From Chloroflexota bacterium (lineage in GTDB: Bacteria; Chloroflexota; Dehalococcoidia; Bin125): 64,000 nucleotides of DNA. Below, piece by piece: positions 1 through 9,074 of the stretch (position 1 is the first letter of the stretch; each line of letters begins with the position of its first letter). Made by a program: the position numbers and the translations under genes. Under the pieces are notes generated by a model. That model made no database searches. It had not been told where the DNA came from and worked only from the letters and a program-made list of their open reading frames with translations. Location: NCBI GenBank assembly GCA_009838735.1, contig VXQZ01000041.1:36348-100347 (forward strand), written 5' to 3'.

Positions 1-538
1 GCGGTCCAGAGATCCACCGCGAGTCTCCGCTGGTCGACGCGATCCGGCCGTCCAGCGACGCCGCGAACTTGGCCGTCACAAAGGGCCGACCAGTCCTCCG
101 GTGGTGGACATAGGCCTCGTAGTGAGCGGCCCCCTCAGCTGCTCCATCGCCGAGACTTACCTCGATCCCCGCCTCACGAAGTTGCTCCAGCCCCCGACCT
201 GAGACCCTCAGATCCGGGTCGCCCACCGCCACCACCACGCGGGTGATTCCCGACTCGATGATCGCCTCCGTGCAAGGCGGCGTGCGGCCGTAGTGATCGC
301 ACGGTTCAAGCGTGACGTACAACGTGGCGCCGTGGGCAAGATCTCCGGCCTGGCGCAGCGCCATGGCCTCCGCGTGCGCACCGCCTGGAGGCTGAGTCGC
401 GCCCTCGCCCACGATTTGGGAACCTCGAGCAACGACCGCGCCGACCGCGGGATTGGGGCTCGTCGTACCGCGCACGGCTCGGGCCAGCTCGAATGCCCGC
501 GACATCAGGCGTGAGCTGCCGGCCGAGCGCGCGCTCAT
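1..538 (-). CDS. ribD: Riboflavin biosynthesis deaminase/reductase RibD (3' part outside window)
   Basis: Not in the ORF track. Manual translation from ATG 538 gives TSPNPAVGAVV...HAEAMAL...LYVTLEPCDHYGRTPPC...AASLDGRIA; ATGA overlap with the stop of the upstream gene. Confidence 0.93.
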   Translation of the reverse strand, partial: MSARSAGSSRLMSRAFELARAVRGTTSPNPAVGAVVARGSQIVGEGATQPPGGAHAEAMALRQAGDLAHGATLYVTLEPCDHYGRTPPCTEAIIESGITRVVVAVGDPDLRVSGRGLEQLREAGIEVSLGDGAAEGAAHYEAYVHHRRTGRPFVTAKFAASLDGRIASTSGDSRWISGP

Positions 539-1704
539 GCTCGGCGGCGGCGGTCGGCAATCGTGAGCACCAGCCAGAACACCGCAGAACTGATCGCCAC
601 GGCGGCGAGCACAATCTGGACGGGCAACTCCCAAGATGGATCCCGGGCCAGCCGAACGGTCGACGAGCGAGGCCGTTGCTCAAGCGGCCAATCCGACTCT
701 CCCTGTGCCACGGAGGTCGCCACCGAGCGAGTCTCCGTCCGGGCGCTGGCCGAGTGCTCATCCTCGGAGGAAGCTTCGGCCGGCGAGGCAGCAGCGCTCT
801 GCTGCGCCTCGGGGCGTTGTTCATCCGTCGGATCCGCAGCCTGCTCTGCAGTAGCGTCCGCCGAGACCTCATCCGCCGATTGCGCCTGCTCAGCCGCTTC
901 GGCCTCTTCTTGTTCGGCGACCACATCCTCGACGTTGACACTCTTGGCCTGGCCATCCCCGCTGCTTCGGCCCGCGGTCAGCGCACGGCGCGAGGGATCG
1001 ACGGCCGAATCATCGGCCGACTCCTGCGCCTCCTGTTGTGCCTGTTCTTCCTGATACGCCTCGGCCTGCTGTTCGGCCTCCTCTTGCTCGACCGCCGCTT
1101 GCGCCGCTTCTTGCTGCTCCGCCTGCTCCGAGGCCACCGCTGCGACCGCTGCTTGCTCCTCCACCTGCGCCTCCTGCGCGGGGGCGGAGACAGCCTCCCG
1201 CTCGCTCGCCGTCGGCGAGGCTGCTTCGTCGCTTGTCCCCCCGGCCTGAGCCTGCACTTCGACTTCGTCGGTCACGACCGCCGCTGTCGGGACACGCGTC
1301 GGCTCAGCGTCAGCCGACGTCGTCGTGAAGTTGACAGTGGGTGAATCAACTGCGTCGAACACCATGAACGCGGCGAACGTGGCGACGCCGATCGCCGCCG
1401 TGGACATCGACAGTCGCAATGCCCGCGCCGTTCCCGCTGGTCGTACCGACATCCGCGCCGGGTCGTCAAGCATCTCCGGAGTGAGCTGGAACGGTGTTGC
1501 GCTCTGCGCTGGTTCGAAGCGGCGCAAGACCGTTCGCATCTCCTCAAGATCGATGAGGTAGTCCTGCATCTCCGCCGACTCGGCCAACCGCGCTTCGACG
1601 CGTGCGCGATCGCGCGGTGACAACTCATCGTCCAGGTAGGCCGAAACGTCGTCGCGCCAGTCGGCGCGTCGGAACGGCATCCATCGAGTCAGTCCCCACG
1701 TCAT
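535..1704 (-). CDS. Putative anti-sigma factor (zf-HC2-like N-terminus, TM, E/Q/A-rich linker, C-terminal TM)
   Basis: VSAYLDDELSPRDRARVEARL N-terminal signature; lies directly downstream of the ECF sigma gene. Confidence 0.75.
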   Translation of the reverse strand: MTWGLTRWMPFRRADWRDDVSAYLDDELSPRDRARVEARLAESAEMQDYLIDLEEMRTVLRRFEPAQSATPFQLTPEMLDDPARMSVRPAGTARALRLSMSTAAIGVATFAAFMVFDAVDSPTVNFTTTSADAEPTRVPTAAVVTDEVEVQAQAGGTSDEAASPTASEREAVSAPAQEAQVEEQAAVAAVASEQAEQQEAAQAAVEQEEAEQQAEAYQEEQAQQEAQESADDSAVDPSRRALTAGRSSGDGQAKSVNVEDVVAEQEEAEAAEQAQSADEVSADATAEQAADPTDEQRPEAQQSAAASPAEASSEDEHSASARTETRSVATSVAQGESDWPLEQRPRSSTVRLARDPSWELPVQIVLAAVAISSAVFWLVLTIADRRRRA

Positions 1705-1776
1705 CTCACTACAACCCCGTGTTCAGCCTCCGCGCCAGCGACGCGGAGCGTCGCTTTGATGTGTTCATCTATGAAT

Positions 1777-1805
1777 TTAGACGCTCGTTGGACGGCAATA
1801 GTTCC
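1777..1805 (-). promoter_or_regulatory. ECF-sigma-type promoter upstream of the anti-sigma gene
   Basis: GGAACT-N16-CGTCTAA on the minus strand. Confidence 0.65.
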
Positions 1806-1936
1806 GTGCGTTGTGCGGGTGCGACAGCCGGACTCGGCCTCGCGCCGCACATAACCGGAGGTAGTCGACACCTCGTCGCTGAGACTCACGGTCCGCCGGT
1901 GGGCAGGAATGCTGGTTCGGTCAGCGATTGGCACCG

Positions 1937-2557
1937 CTAGGCTCCTTCGCCTCGCGCGTCGTTCGCGTGTCGCGCGTTGAGAAAGTCTCTCATCGCCGAC
2001 CGCCCGCGGCTGATCCGTGATTTCACTGTACCCATCGACCAGCCGGTCGCATCGACGATCTCGCGATACTCCATGTCGGCGACGTCCCGGTAGAAGACCG
2101 CGCGCCGCTGTTCCTCCGGCAGCGACTCCAGCGCTTCCCGCAACACGCCGCTCAGTTCGATGTTGAGCAAATGCTCGTCGAGCGAGCGGTCCCCGGATTC
2201 GGGCGTGAACTGATCCCCGAGATCGTCCGTCAGCCGGTCCAGCGAGGTCGTTGGCCGTCGCTGGCGCTGACGCAGATGGTCGAAGCACGTGCGCCGCGCG
2301 ATCACTCCTAGCCAGGCCGGAAACTTGCCCCGTTGCTTGTACGTGCTCAGCCGATCCCAGGCCTTGATGAACGACTCCTGCATCAGGTCGTCGGCGTCGG
2401 CCATACCGACGATCCCGCGGCAGGTCGAGCGGACACGCGTTTGATGACGCAGCACCAGCACATTGAATGCGTCGAGCCGACCGTCCAGCGACACGGCCAC
2501 CAGTTGGTCGTCTTCCAGTGTGCCGAGGTCAAGAGGTCCGCCCGGACGGTTCACCAA
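1937..2557 (-). CDS. ECF RNA polymerase sigma factor (RpoE/SigW-like)
   Basis: DADDLMQESFIKAW, FPAWLGVIARRTCFD, YREIVDATGWSMGTVKSRISRGR. Confidence 0.93.
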   Translation of the reverse strand: MVNRPGGPLDLGTLEDDQLVAVSLDGRLDAFNVLVLRHQTRVRSTCRGIVGMADADDLMQESFIKAWDRLSTYKQRGKFPAWLGVIARRTCFDHLRQRQRRPTTSLDRLTDDLGDQFTPESGDRSLDEHLLNIELSGVLREALESLPEEQRRAVFYRDVADMEYREIVDATGWSMGTVKSRISRGRSAMRDFLNARHANDARGEGA

Positions 2558-2635
2558 TGGGCTCCCCTACAGTCGCGCCTGCCTGAGATTCCCGCCGGCG
2601 CCCGAGCGGGGCGCCGCCTGTGGGACACTGCGTCC

Positions 2636-3469
2636 ATGCCCCTCGTCGATCCAGGCCCAATCATCGCACAAGCGCACGAACGTGGTCTGGCGGTGATCGG
2701 CGCCAACGTGTCGACCATTCAAATGGTCCGCGGCGTCGTACGCGCCGCAGAGGATGCGCAACGACCGGTCTTGATCCAGTTCAATCGCTCGGGCCTCTCA
2801 CTGATCGGCGGGGTCGATGTGGCAGCCGTTGTGGTCAAATCAGTGGCCGAGCACTCTGAGGCCGAGATCGCACTGCATCTCGATCACGCCGACACCCTGG
2901 ATGAACTGTCAGCCGCGATCAACGCCGGGTTTGGCTCGGTCATGATCGACGGCTCCACACTGTCGTTCGACCAGCACCTGACCCTGGCCCAGTCGGCCAA
3001 AGGCCTGGTCACCTGGTCCCGGTTGCCGCTGGAGGCGGAACTGGGTCACGTCGCGGGAGATGAAGCCGGAGTCACGATCGGCGACGCATCCTGGACCGAC
3101 CCCGACGAGGCAGCCCGCTTCGTCGAAGCGACCGGCGTTGACTGGCTCGCTGTCGCCGTCGGCAACACCCACGGTGGCCCCGCCGTCGGCGGCCTGCAAG
3201 CCGAACGACTGCGGGCAATCCGGGACGCGGTCTCAATCCCATTGGTCCTGCACGGAGCAAGCGGATTGACTGAGGACGAAATCCAGGCAGCCGTGAACCT
3301 GGGCGTCGCCAAGATCAATGTCGGCACCGCCCTCCACCAGGCCGCTGCGAGCGCCATGGGCGAATGGTTGGCTGGCCATCCGAGCGACTTGCGGGGCGCG
3401 CTGTCCCTGGCCGAGAAACGGGTCAACGAATCGGTCCTGGCGCTGCTGAACGCGCCGTGGGCGAAGTAA
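2636..3469 (+). CDS. fba: Class II fructose/tagatose-bisphosphate aldolase
   Basis: ALHLDHA, SVMIDGS, EAELGHV, AVAVGNTHG, LVLHGASG, KINVGT; start moved to ATG 2636. Confidence 0.88.
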   Translation: MPLVDPGPIIAQAHERGLAVIGANVSTIQMVRGVVRAAEDAQRPVLIQFNRSGLSLIGGVDVAAVVVKSVAEHSEAEIALHLDHADTLDELSAAINAGFGSVMIDGSTLSFDQHLTLAQSAKGLVTWSRLPLEAELGHVAGDEAGVTIGDASWTDPDEAARFVEATGVDWLAVAVGNTHGGPAVGGLQAERLRAIRDAVSIPLVLHGASGLTEDEIQAAVNLGVAKINVGTALHQAAASAMGEWLAGHPSDLRGALSLAEKRVNESVLALLNAPWAK

Positions 3470-3544
3470 ACGCAGCAGTCGCTTCAGCTTCGCTACGATC
3501 CGCCACACGGAGGGCCAGACAGGGTCCATGCAGAGGATTTCGCC

Positions 3545-5920
3545 ATGCTCAGCGACTACCGAATTCTCGACCTGACCGACGACCGCGGACTGATCGGCGG
3601 CATGATCCTCGCCGACCTTGGCGCTGATGTGATTGCCATCGAACCGCCTGGCGGCAATCGCGCCCGTCGCAGAGGTCCGTTTGCGGATGGCTCCAACGAA
3701 GGCGACATCGAGGACTCCCTGGTCTGGCAGTCTTACGCCAGAGGCAAGCGCTCGCTGGTCCTCGACCTGGAGACAGACGAGGGTCGCGCACGACTCATCG
3801 ATCTCGCGCGCTCGGCCGACGCACTGATCGAATCGGCCGATGTCGGCGCCATGGACGCGCTTGGCCTCGGCTACGAAGCGTTGTCGGCAGTTAACCCGGG
3901 CATGATTTACGTCGCGATCACGCCGTTCGGCTCATCTGGGCCCAAAGCCGGCTGGGCCGCGACCGACATCACTGTCGCCGCCTCCGCCGGTCCGATGATC
4001 CAGAGCGGAGACCGTGACCGCCCGCCGCTTCGCGTTGGTTTGCCGCAGACCGCACTACATGCTGGCGCGGAAGCCGCGCTGGGCGTGCTGATGGGACTGC
4101 ACGAGCGCAAGCGTTCCGGCCTCGGGCAATACGTCGACGTCTCCGCTCAGGCCGCATACGCCCAGGCGACACAGTCGGGGATCATCGCCGCTGCCAACAA
4201 CTCCGGCCAGTTCCAGCGCTCGGCCGTCGGCGCAGCGCTGGGCCCGCTCGAGATCCGCCTCTTCTGGCCCTGCAAGGACGGGCATGTCGCGATCACCTAC
4301 CTGTTCGGCGCGGCGATCGGCCCCTTCACCGACCGACTCATGCAGTTCGCGCTCGAAGAGGGCTACTGCGACCAGGAGACCCGCGACAAGGACTGGCTCA
4401 ACTACACCAACCTGATCCTCACCGGCCAGGAGCCGATCAGCGAATACTTGCGCTGCTGCGACGTGGTCGGAGCGCTCTGCGCCGACAAGACCAAGGCCGA
4501 GTTGTTCCAGGTCGCGCAGGAACGGCGCCTGCTGGTCGTGCCGGTCTCGACCATGGACGACCTCGACGAGAACGAACATCTCGCGGCGCGCTCCTACTGG
4601 CGCGATGTCGAGCGCAACGGTCAGAGCGTCAAGTTCCCGGGACCGTTCGCCCGCCTCTCCGAGACGCCGATCGAGTACGCCCGCCCCGCGCCGGCGCTCG
4701 GCGAACACACCGACGAAGTGCTCGCCGAGGCCCGCCAGCCGGCAGTTCTCAATAGAGCAAACGCCGCCACGCCGAACCTGCCACCGCTCTCCGGCCTCAA
4801 AATGCTCGACCTGATGTGGGTCATGGCCGGGCCGGCCGGAACGCGGGCGCTCTGCGACTTCGGTGTCAACACGGTGCGGATCGAGTCGAGCACGCGGATC
4901 GACACTGCGCGAACGCTCCAACCCTTTATCGACGACGAGGCAACCCAGCCGGAAGGCTCGTCCATGTTCCACAACATGAACGCCGGCAAACAGATGATGA
5001 CCGTCGACCCGGCCAATCCCGAGGGCCGCGAACTGATCCTCGACCTCGTCCGCTGGGCCGACGTCATCACCGAGTCCTTTACGCCCCGCGCCATGCGCGG
5101 CTGGAACCTGACCTGGGAGACGATCCACGAGGTCAATCCGCGCGCGATCATGATGTCGTCCTGCCTGATGGGACAGAACGGCCCGCTGGCGGAGTTCGCC
5201 GGCTTCGGCAACCTTGCCGCCGCCTTCGCGGGCTTCACCCCGCTCTGCGGCTGGCCCGACCGCTCGCCCGCTGGACCGTTTGGCGCATACACCGATTACG
5301 TCGCTCCGCGCTTTGCCTCCGCCGCCCTGCTGGCCGCCCTCCACGAACGCGACCGCACCGGACAGGGACAGTACATCGACGTCTCGCAGATGGAAGCCGC
5401 CATTCACTTTCTCACCCCGGCCTTTCTCCAGTACCGGCTGACCGGCGAGAAGTGGCTCGCAGACGGCAACAACGACCCGGACATGTCCCCGCACGGCGTC
5501 TTCCCGTCCGAGGGCGAAGACCAGTGGGTCGCCATCGCCTGCCGCCATGACGCCGACCGCGCCTCCCTAGATTCGGTGCTCAACGGCCAAGCCCTCGAAG
5601 ATTGGACCGCATCCCGCCCCGCCGTGGACGCGATGAACACGCTCCAGGCAGTCGGCGTGCCGGCCCACGCAGTCCAGGACTCCGCTGCCTGCTTCGCCGA
5701 CCCGCAGCTCCAACACCGCAATCACTTCGTCGAACTCGCCCACCCCACCCAGGGCAAATCGGTCGTCGAGGGCGCACGGATCGTGTTCGACCGAACTCCG
5801 GCGGGTCGGCCGCAGGTCGCCCCGACGATGGGCGCCGACAACGATGCAGTCCTGCGCGACCTGCTCGGCTACTCGGACGAGCAAATCGTCGAGCTGGTAG
5901 CGTCGGGCGCACTGCAATAG
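3545..5920 (+). CDS. Family III (CaiB/BaiF) CoA-transferase, two fused domains
   Basis: Two CaiB repeats (ILADLGADVIAIEPPGG; ALCDFGVNTVRIES), GAYTDY motif in the second domain. Confidence 0.9.
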   Translation: MLSDYRILDLTDDRGLIGGMILADLGADVIAIEPPGGNRARRRGPFADGSNEGDIEDSLVWQSYARGKRSLVLDLETDEGRARLIDLARSADALIESADVGAMDALGLGYEALSAVNPGMIYVAITPFGSSGPKAGWAATDITVAASAGPMIQSGDRDRPPLRVGLPQTALHAGAEAALGVLMGLHERKRSGLGQYVDVSAQAAYAQATQSGIIAAANNSGQFQRSAVGAALGPLEIRLFWPCKDGHVAITYLFGAAIGPFTDRLMQFALEEGYCDQETRDKDWLNYTNLILTGQEPISEYLRCCDVVGALCADKTKAELFQVAQERRLLVVPVSTMDDLDENEHLAARSYWRDVERNGQSVKFPGPFARLSETPIEYARPAPALGEHTDEVLAEARQPAVLNRANAATPNLPPLSGLKMLDLMWVMAGPAGTRALCDFGVNTVRIESSTRIDTARTLQPFIDDEATQPEGSSMFHNMNAGKQMMTVDPANPEGRELILDLVRWADVITESFTPRAMRGWNLTWETIHEVNPRAIMMSSCLMGQNGPLAEFAGFGNLAAAFAGFTPLCGWPDRSPAGPFGAYTDYVAPRFASAALLAALHERDRTGQGQYIDVSQMEAAIHFLTPAFLQYRLTGEKWLADGNNDPDMSPHGVFPSEGEDQWVAIACRHDADRASLDSVLNGQALEDWTASRPAVDAMNTLQAVGVPAHAVQDSAACFADPQLQHRNHFVELAHPTQGKSVVEGARIVFDRTPAGRPQVAPTMGADNDAVLRDLLGYSDEQIVELVASGALQ

Positions 5921-5946
5921 CAACGGGAACGGGTTGGAGGACGACC

Positions 5947-6831
5947 ATGGCGACCCATAACGGCGAGCGCATGATCGAAGGCAACGGCATCGACATCTGC
6001 ACCGATTCCTTCGGAGACTCCAGTGATCCATGCATCCTGCTGGTCATGGGCGCCAGCGCGTCGATGCTGCTCTGGGAAGTCGACTTCTGCCAGCGCCTGG
6101 CCGACGGCGGACGCTTCGTCATCCGCTACGACAACCGCGACACCGGCAAGACCACCTCCTGCCCGCCGGGCGAACCCAACTACACGATCGACGACATGGC
6201 CGCCGACGGCGTCGCCGTCCTGGACGCTTACGGAATCGACCAGGCGCACATCGCGGGCGCCTCGATGGGCGGCATGATCACCCAGCTGATCGGGCTCAAC
6301 CACCCCGACCGCGTCCTCACCCTGACGCCAATCATGTCGACGCCCAACGCCAACGCCGTGCTCGACGCCATGGAGGGCGCAGACGGCGGCGCCACACTCT
6401 CACCGCCAACGCCCGAAGTCCTGGCCGCCATCTCCTCCAGCGCCGAACTCGACTGGTCCGACCGCGACGCCGTGCTCGCGAACCGGGTCGAGATGTTCAA
6501 CGTGCTGGCCGGCTCGGGCTATCCCGGCGGCGGCATCCCCGCCGACGTCTTCGCCGAGGAGATCGACCGCGCCATCAGCTTCCCCAGCACGCTCAACCAC
6601 GGCCCGGCCATCGCCCAGTCCGAGCGCTGGCACGACCGCCTCGACCAGCTCGACTTCCCCACCCTCGTCATCCACGGCGACGAAGACCCCATCCTCCCCT
6701 ACGACCACGGCCAGGCCCTCCACGCCGCCATCAACGGCTCAACCCTCCTCACCATGGAAGGCGTCGGCCACGAACTCCCCCGCCCCGTTTGGGACACCGT
6801 CATTCCCGCCATCCTCGATCACACCAGCTGA
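5947..6831 (+). CDS. Alpha/beta hydrolase
   Basis: RYDNRDTG, GASMGG nucleophile elbow, IHGDEDP, GHE; GGAGG RBS before ATG 5947. Confidence 0.9.
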   Translation: MATHNGERMIEGNGIDICTDSFGDSSDPCILLVMGASASMLLWEVDFCQRLADGGRFVIRYDNRDTGKTTSCPPGEPNYTIDDMAADGVAVLDAYGIDQAHIAGASMGGMITQLIGLNHPDRVLTLTPIMSTPNANAVLDAMEGADGGATLSPPTPEVLAAISSSAELDWSDRDAVLANRVEMFNVLAGSGYPGGGIPADVFAEEIDRAISFPSTLNHGPAIAQSERWHDRLDQLDFPTLVIHGDEDPILPYDHGQALHAAINGSTLLTMEGVGHELPRPVWDTVIPAILDHTS

Positions 6832-6832
6832 C

Positions 6833-6886
6833 CCGACGCCCCCACATCAACCCTCCGACGCCCCGACATCAACCTTCCGATGCCCC
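6833..6886. repeat. 22-bp tandem repeat (~2.5 copies)
   Basis: ccgacgcccccacatcaaccct / ccgacgccccgacatcaacctt / ccgatgcccc. Confidence 0.7.
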
Positions 6887-6902
6887 GCACTTGATGCGGG
6901 GC
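6882..6902. repeat. REP-like palindrome between convergent genes
   Basis: GCCCCGCA-cttga-TGCGGGGC hairpin. Confidence 0.6.
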
Positions 6903-6974
6903 CCAGACCGCGATCGTCGAGCGGACCTCTTCCGCCCTACTCAGTTCGACCGTCGAGCGGAGCAACGACAGCGG

Positions 6975-7562
6975 CTACGACGACCTCCGGTAGATAGCCA
7001 TCACCACACCATTCCGCGTCGACCCAGTCCGCACGAGCTCAAGATTCCCCGGCGCAACCCCGTCCGCAAACAACCGCTTGCCCCCACCAACCACGACCGG
7101 GAACACCCACAGCCGGAACTCATCAATCAGATCGTGCGCCAGCAGCGTCTGAATCAGATCCGCGCTCCCATGCACCTGAATCAACGGCCCCTCCCCGGCC
7201 TTGAGCCTCTTGATCTCCGCAACAACATCCCGGGTCAGTCGGGTGGACTCTGCCCACGGCAACGGATGCTCCACCGACCGCGTCGCCACGTACTTGTGAC
7301 CACCATTCAGCCGCGCCGCGACCGGATCGTCCCCGCCAACCTGCGGCCAGTGCGAGGCAAACACGTCATACGTCCTCCGACCAAACAGCAGGTCATACGG
7401 CGCCGACATTGCCTCCGCATACACCTGAGGCATCACCTCCTCCCAGTACGGAGCCCCCCAGCCCCCGCCTGAAAATCCCCCCGACGGATCCTCCTCCGGA
7501 CTCGTTGGACTCTGCATCACTCCGTCGAGCGTCACAAAACTCAAAATCACCAGTCCCCGCAT
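6975..7562 (-). CDS. Dihydrofolate reductase-like (RibD C-terminal domain) protein
   Basis: FVTLDGVMQ, LLFGRRTY, QVHGSADL, LIDEFRLWVFPVVVGGGKRLF. Confidence 0.88.
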   Translation of the reverse strand: MRGLVILSFVTLDGVMQSPTSPEEDPSGGFSGGGWGAPYWEEVMPQVYAEAMSAPYDLLFGRRTYDVFASHWPQVGGDDPVAARLNGGHKYVATRSVEHPLPWAESTRLTRDVVAEIKRLKAGEGPLIQVHGSADLIQTLLAHDLIDEFRLWVFPVVVGGGKRLFADGVAPGNLELVRTGSTRNGVVMAIYRRSS

Positions 7563-8668
7563 CAGAGCTCACCCAACTCCACCACCCGACCCGTCTGCGC
7601 CGACTCGTAGATCCCGAACACGATCTTCATCGTCTCCAGGTTGTCCCGACCCCCGCTGACCGGCTCCGCGCCGTCCTCACAGCACGCGGCGAAATGAGCG
7701 ATCTCATTGACGTACGGATTCATCGTCGGCAGCGACACGTCGCTCGTGTCGACCGGCCGGAAGCTCGTCGTCGGATCGAAACTCTCGTCGCCTTCCTGCT
7801 GCGCGCTGGTCATCACAGCTGGGATCCGGTGCCACATCAGCGGCGTGTTCTCCTCCGGCGGCGGCGTCCAGGCCGCTCCCTGATCGCCCAGGATCACCGT
7901 CTGGAACAGCCACGGCGCCCGACTCGTCAGGCTCGCCGTCAGCGTGCCGATCGCCCCGTTGGCGAACTCCAGCGTCGCCACCGCGCGGTCCTCTGCATCG
8001 TTGGTGAAGCTCGGATGCCCGCGCCAGGCCCGCGCCTCGACCCGCACCACCTCGCCGACGAAGAAGCGCATCAGATCCAGGTGATGCACCGAGAGCAGCG
8101 TCACCACCCCTCCGCCGCCGCGCTTGCCGTCGAATCCCCACCAGCCCGAAGGCAGCGCGATCGGCTGGTTCGGATCCTCCAGCGCCGCCGTCAGGAACGT
8201 GTCTGTCCGCGCCGACCAGATCCGGCCCAGCTCGCCCGCCTGGATCCGACGCCGCAGCGCCACATAGCTCGGCACATGACGCAGATGCTGCGCCACCATG
8301 AACGTCACCCCCGCCTCCTCCGTCGCCTCCACGATCGCCCGGCACTCGTCCACCGAGATCGCCATCGGCTTCTCCAGCAGCACATGCTTGCCCGCCCGCG
8401 CCGCCGCAATCGCCAGCTCCGCGTGCGTGTCGTGGATCGTGCAGATGTCGACCGCATCGATATCCGCCAGCTCGCACATCTCCCGCGCGTCGGTGAAGAT
8501 CGCCGACGCGTCGATGTCCGCCTCGCCGGCGAACTCCTGCGCCGCCTCCTCACGGATATCGCAGACCGCCGCCAGCCGCACCCGCTCCGGGTCCAACTGG
8601 TACCCCGGCAAATGCTGCCGAGAAATCCCGCCCGCGCCAATCAATCCAACCCGCAGAGGCTCCGCCAT
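7562..8668 (-). CDS. Gfo/Idh/MocA family oxidoreductase
   Basis: RVGLIGAGGIS, AGKHVLLEKPMA; start 8668 or 8674. Confidence 0.9.
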   Translation of the reverse strand: MAEPLRVGLIGAGGISRQHLPGYQLDPERVRLAAVCDIREEAAQEFAGEADIDASAIFTDAREMCELADIDAVDICTIHDTHAELAIAAARAGKHVLLEKPMAISVDECRAIVEATEEAGVTFMVAQHLRHVPSYVALRRRIQAGELGRIWSARTDTFLTAALEDPNQPIALPSGWWGFDGKRGGGGVVTLLSVHHLDLMRFFVGEVVRVEARAWRGHPSFTNDAEDRAVATLEFANGAIGTLTASLTSRAPWLFQTVILGDQGAAWTPPPEENTPLMWHRIPAVMTSAQQEGDESFDPTTSFRPVDTSDVSLPTMNPYVNEIAHFAACCEDGAEPVSGGRDNLETMKIVFGIYESAQTGRVVELGEL

Positions 8669-8760
8669 GGCCATCTCCCCCGAATCCATCCGCTCGTCAA
8701 GTGAGCCCAAGGCTACCGATCCGCCGCCCCGCCCGCCCAATCCCCGCCTAAACTGGCTGT

Positions 8761-8837
8761 GGGTCCTTAGCTCAGTTGGCCAGAGCAGCGGACTTTTAAT
8801 CCGAAGGTCCTGGGTTCGAGTCCCAGAGGACCCACCA
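8761..8837 (+). tRNA. tRNA-Lys (anticodon TTT)
   Basis: Acceptor stem GGGTCCT/AGGACCC, D-arm TAGCTCAGTTGG, anticodon loop CTTTTAA, T-loop GGTTCGAGTCC, encoded CCA. Confidence 0.97.
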
Positions 8838-9074
8838 AGCTAGCCGTCTCCCGACAACCGCTTGGCGAATCGACCTACCGGGAGCCGTACCACTGCCATC
8901 GCATTCAATCTGCTCCGATTGGACTCACTCGCGCCCACATTGCTCTTTGACTGCCCGCTTGCCGAAACGGCCCCCTCCGAGGACTGCAACCTTCCTCACC
9001 ACCACCTACCAGAACAGCCGGCAAAGACCATGATAGCGTTGGGCGGCCATCCCAGCTGAAGAAAGGAAACTGCA

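Noticed and set aside
4055-5548. Long antisense or alternative-frame ORFs (e.g. 4055-5548, 6030-7472, 23318-24730, 28127-29365, 39253-40422)
   Set aside because: Typical high-GC shadow ORFs overlapping well-supported genes, with no motifs
8838-9074. Integrase remnant next to tRNA-Lys
   Set aside because: No tyrosine or serine recombinase motifs recognised in the short ORFs there
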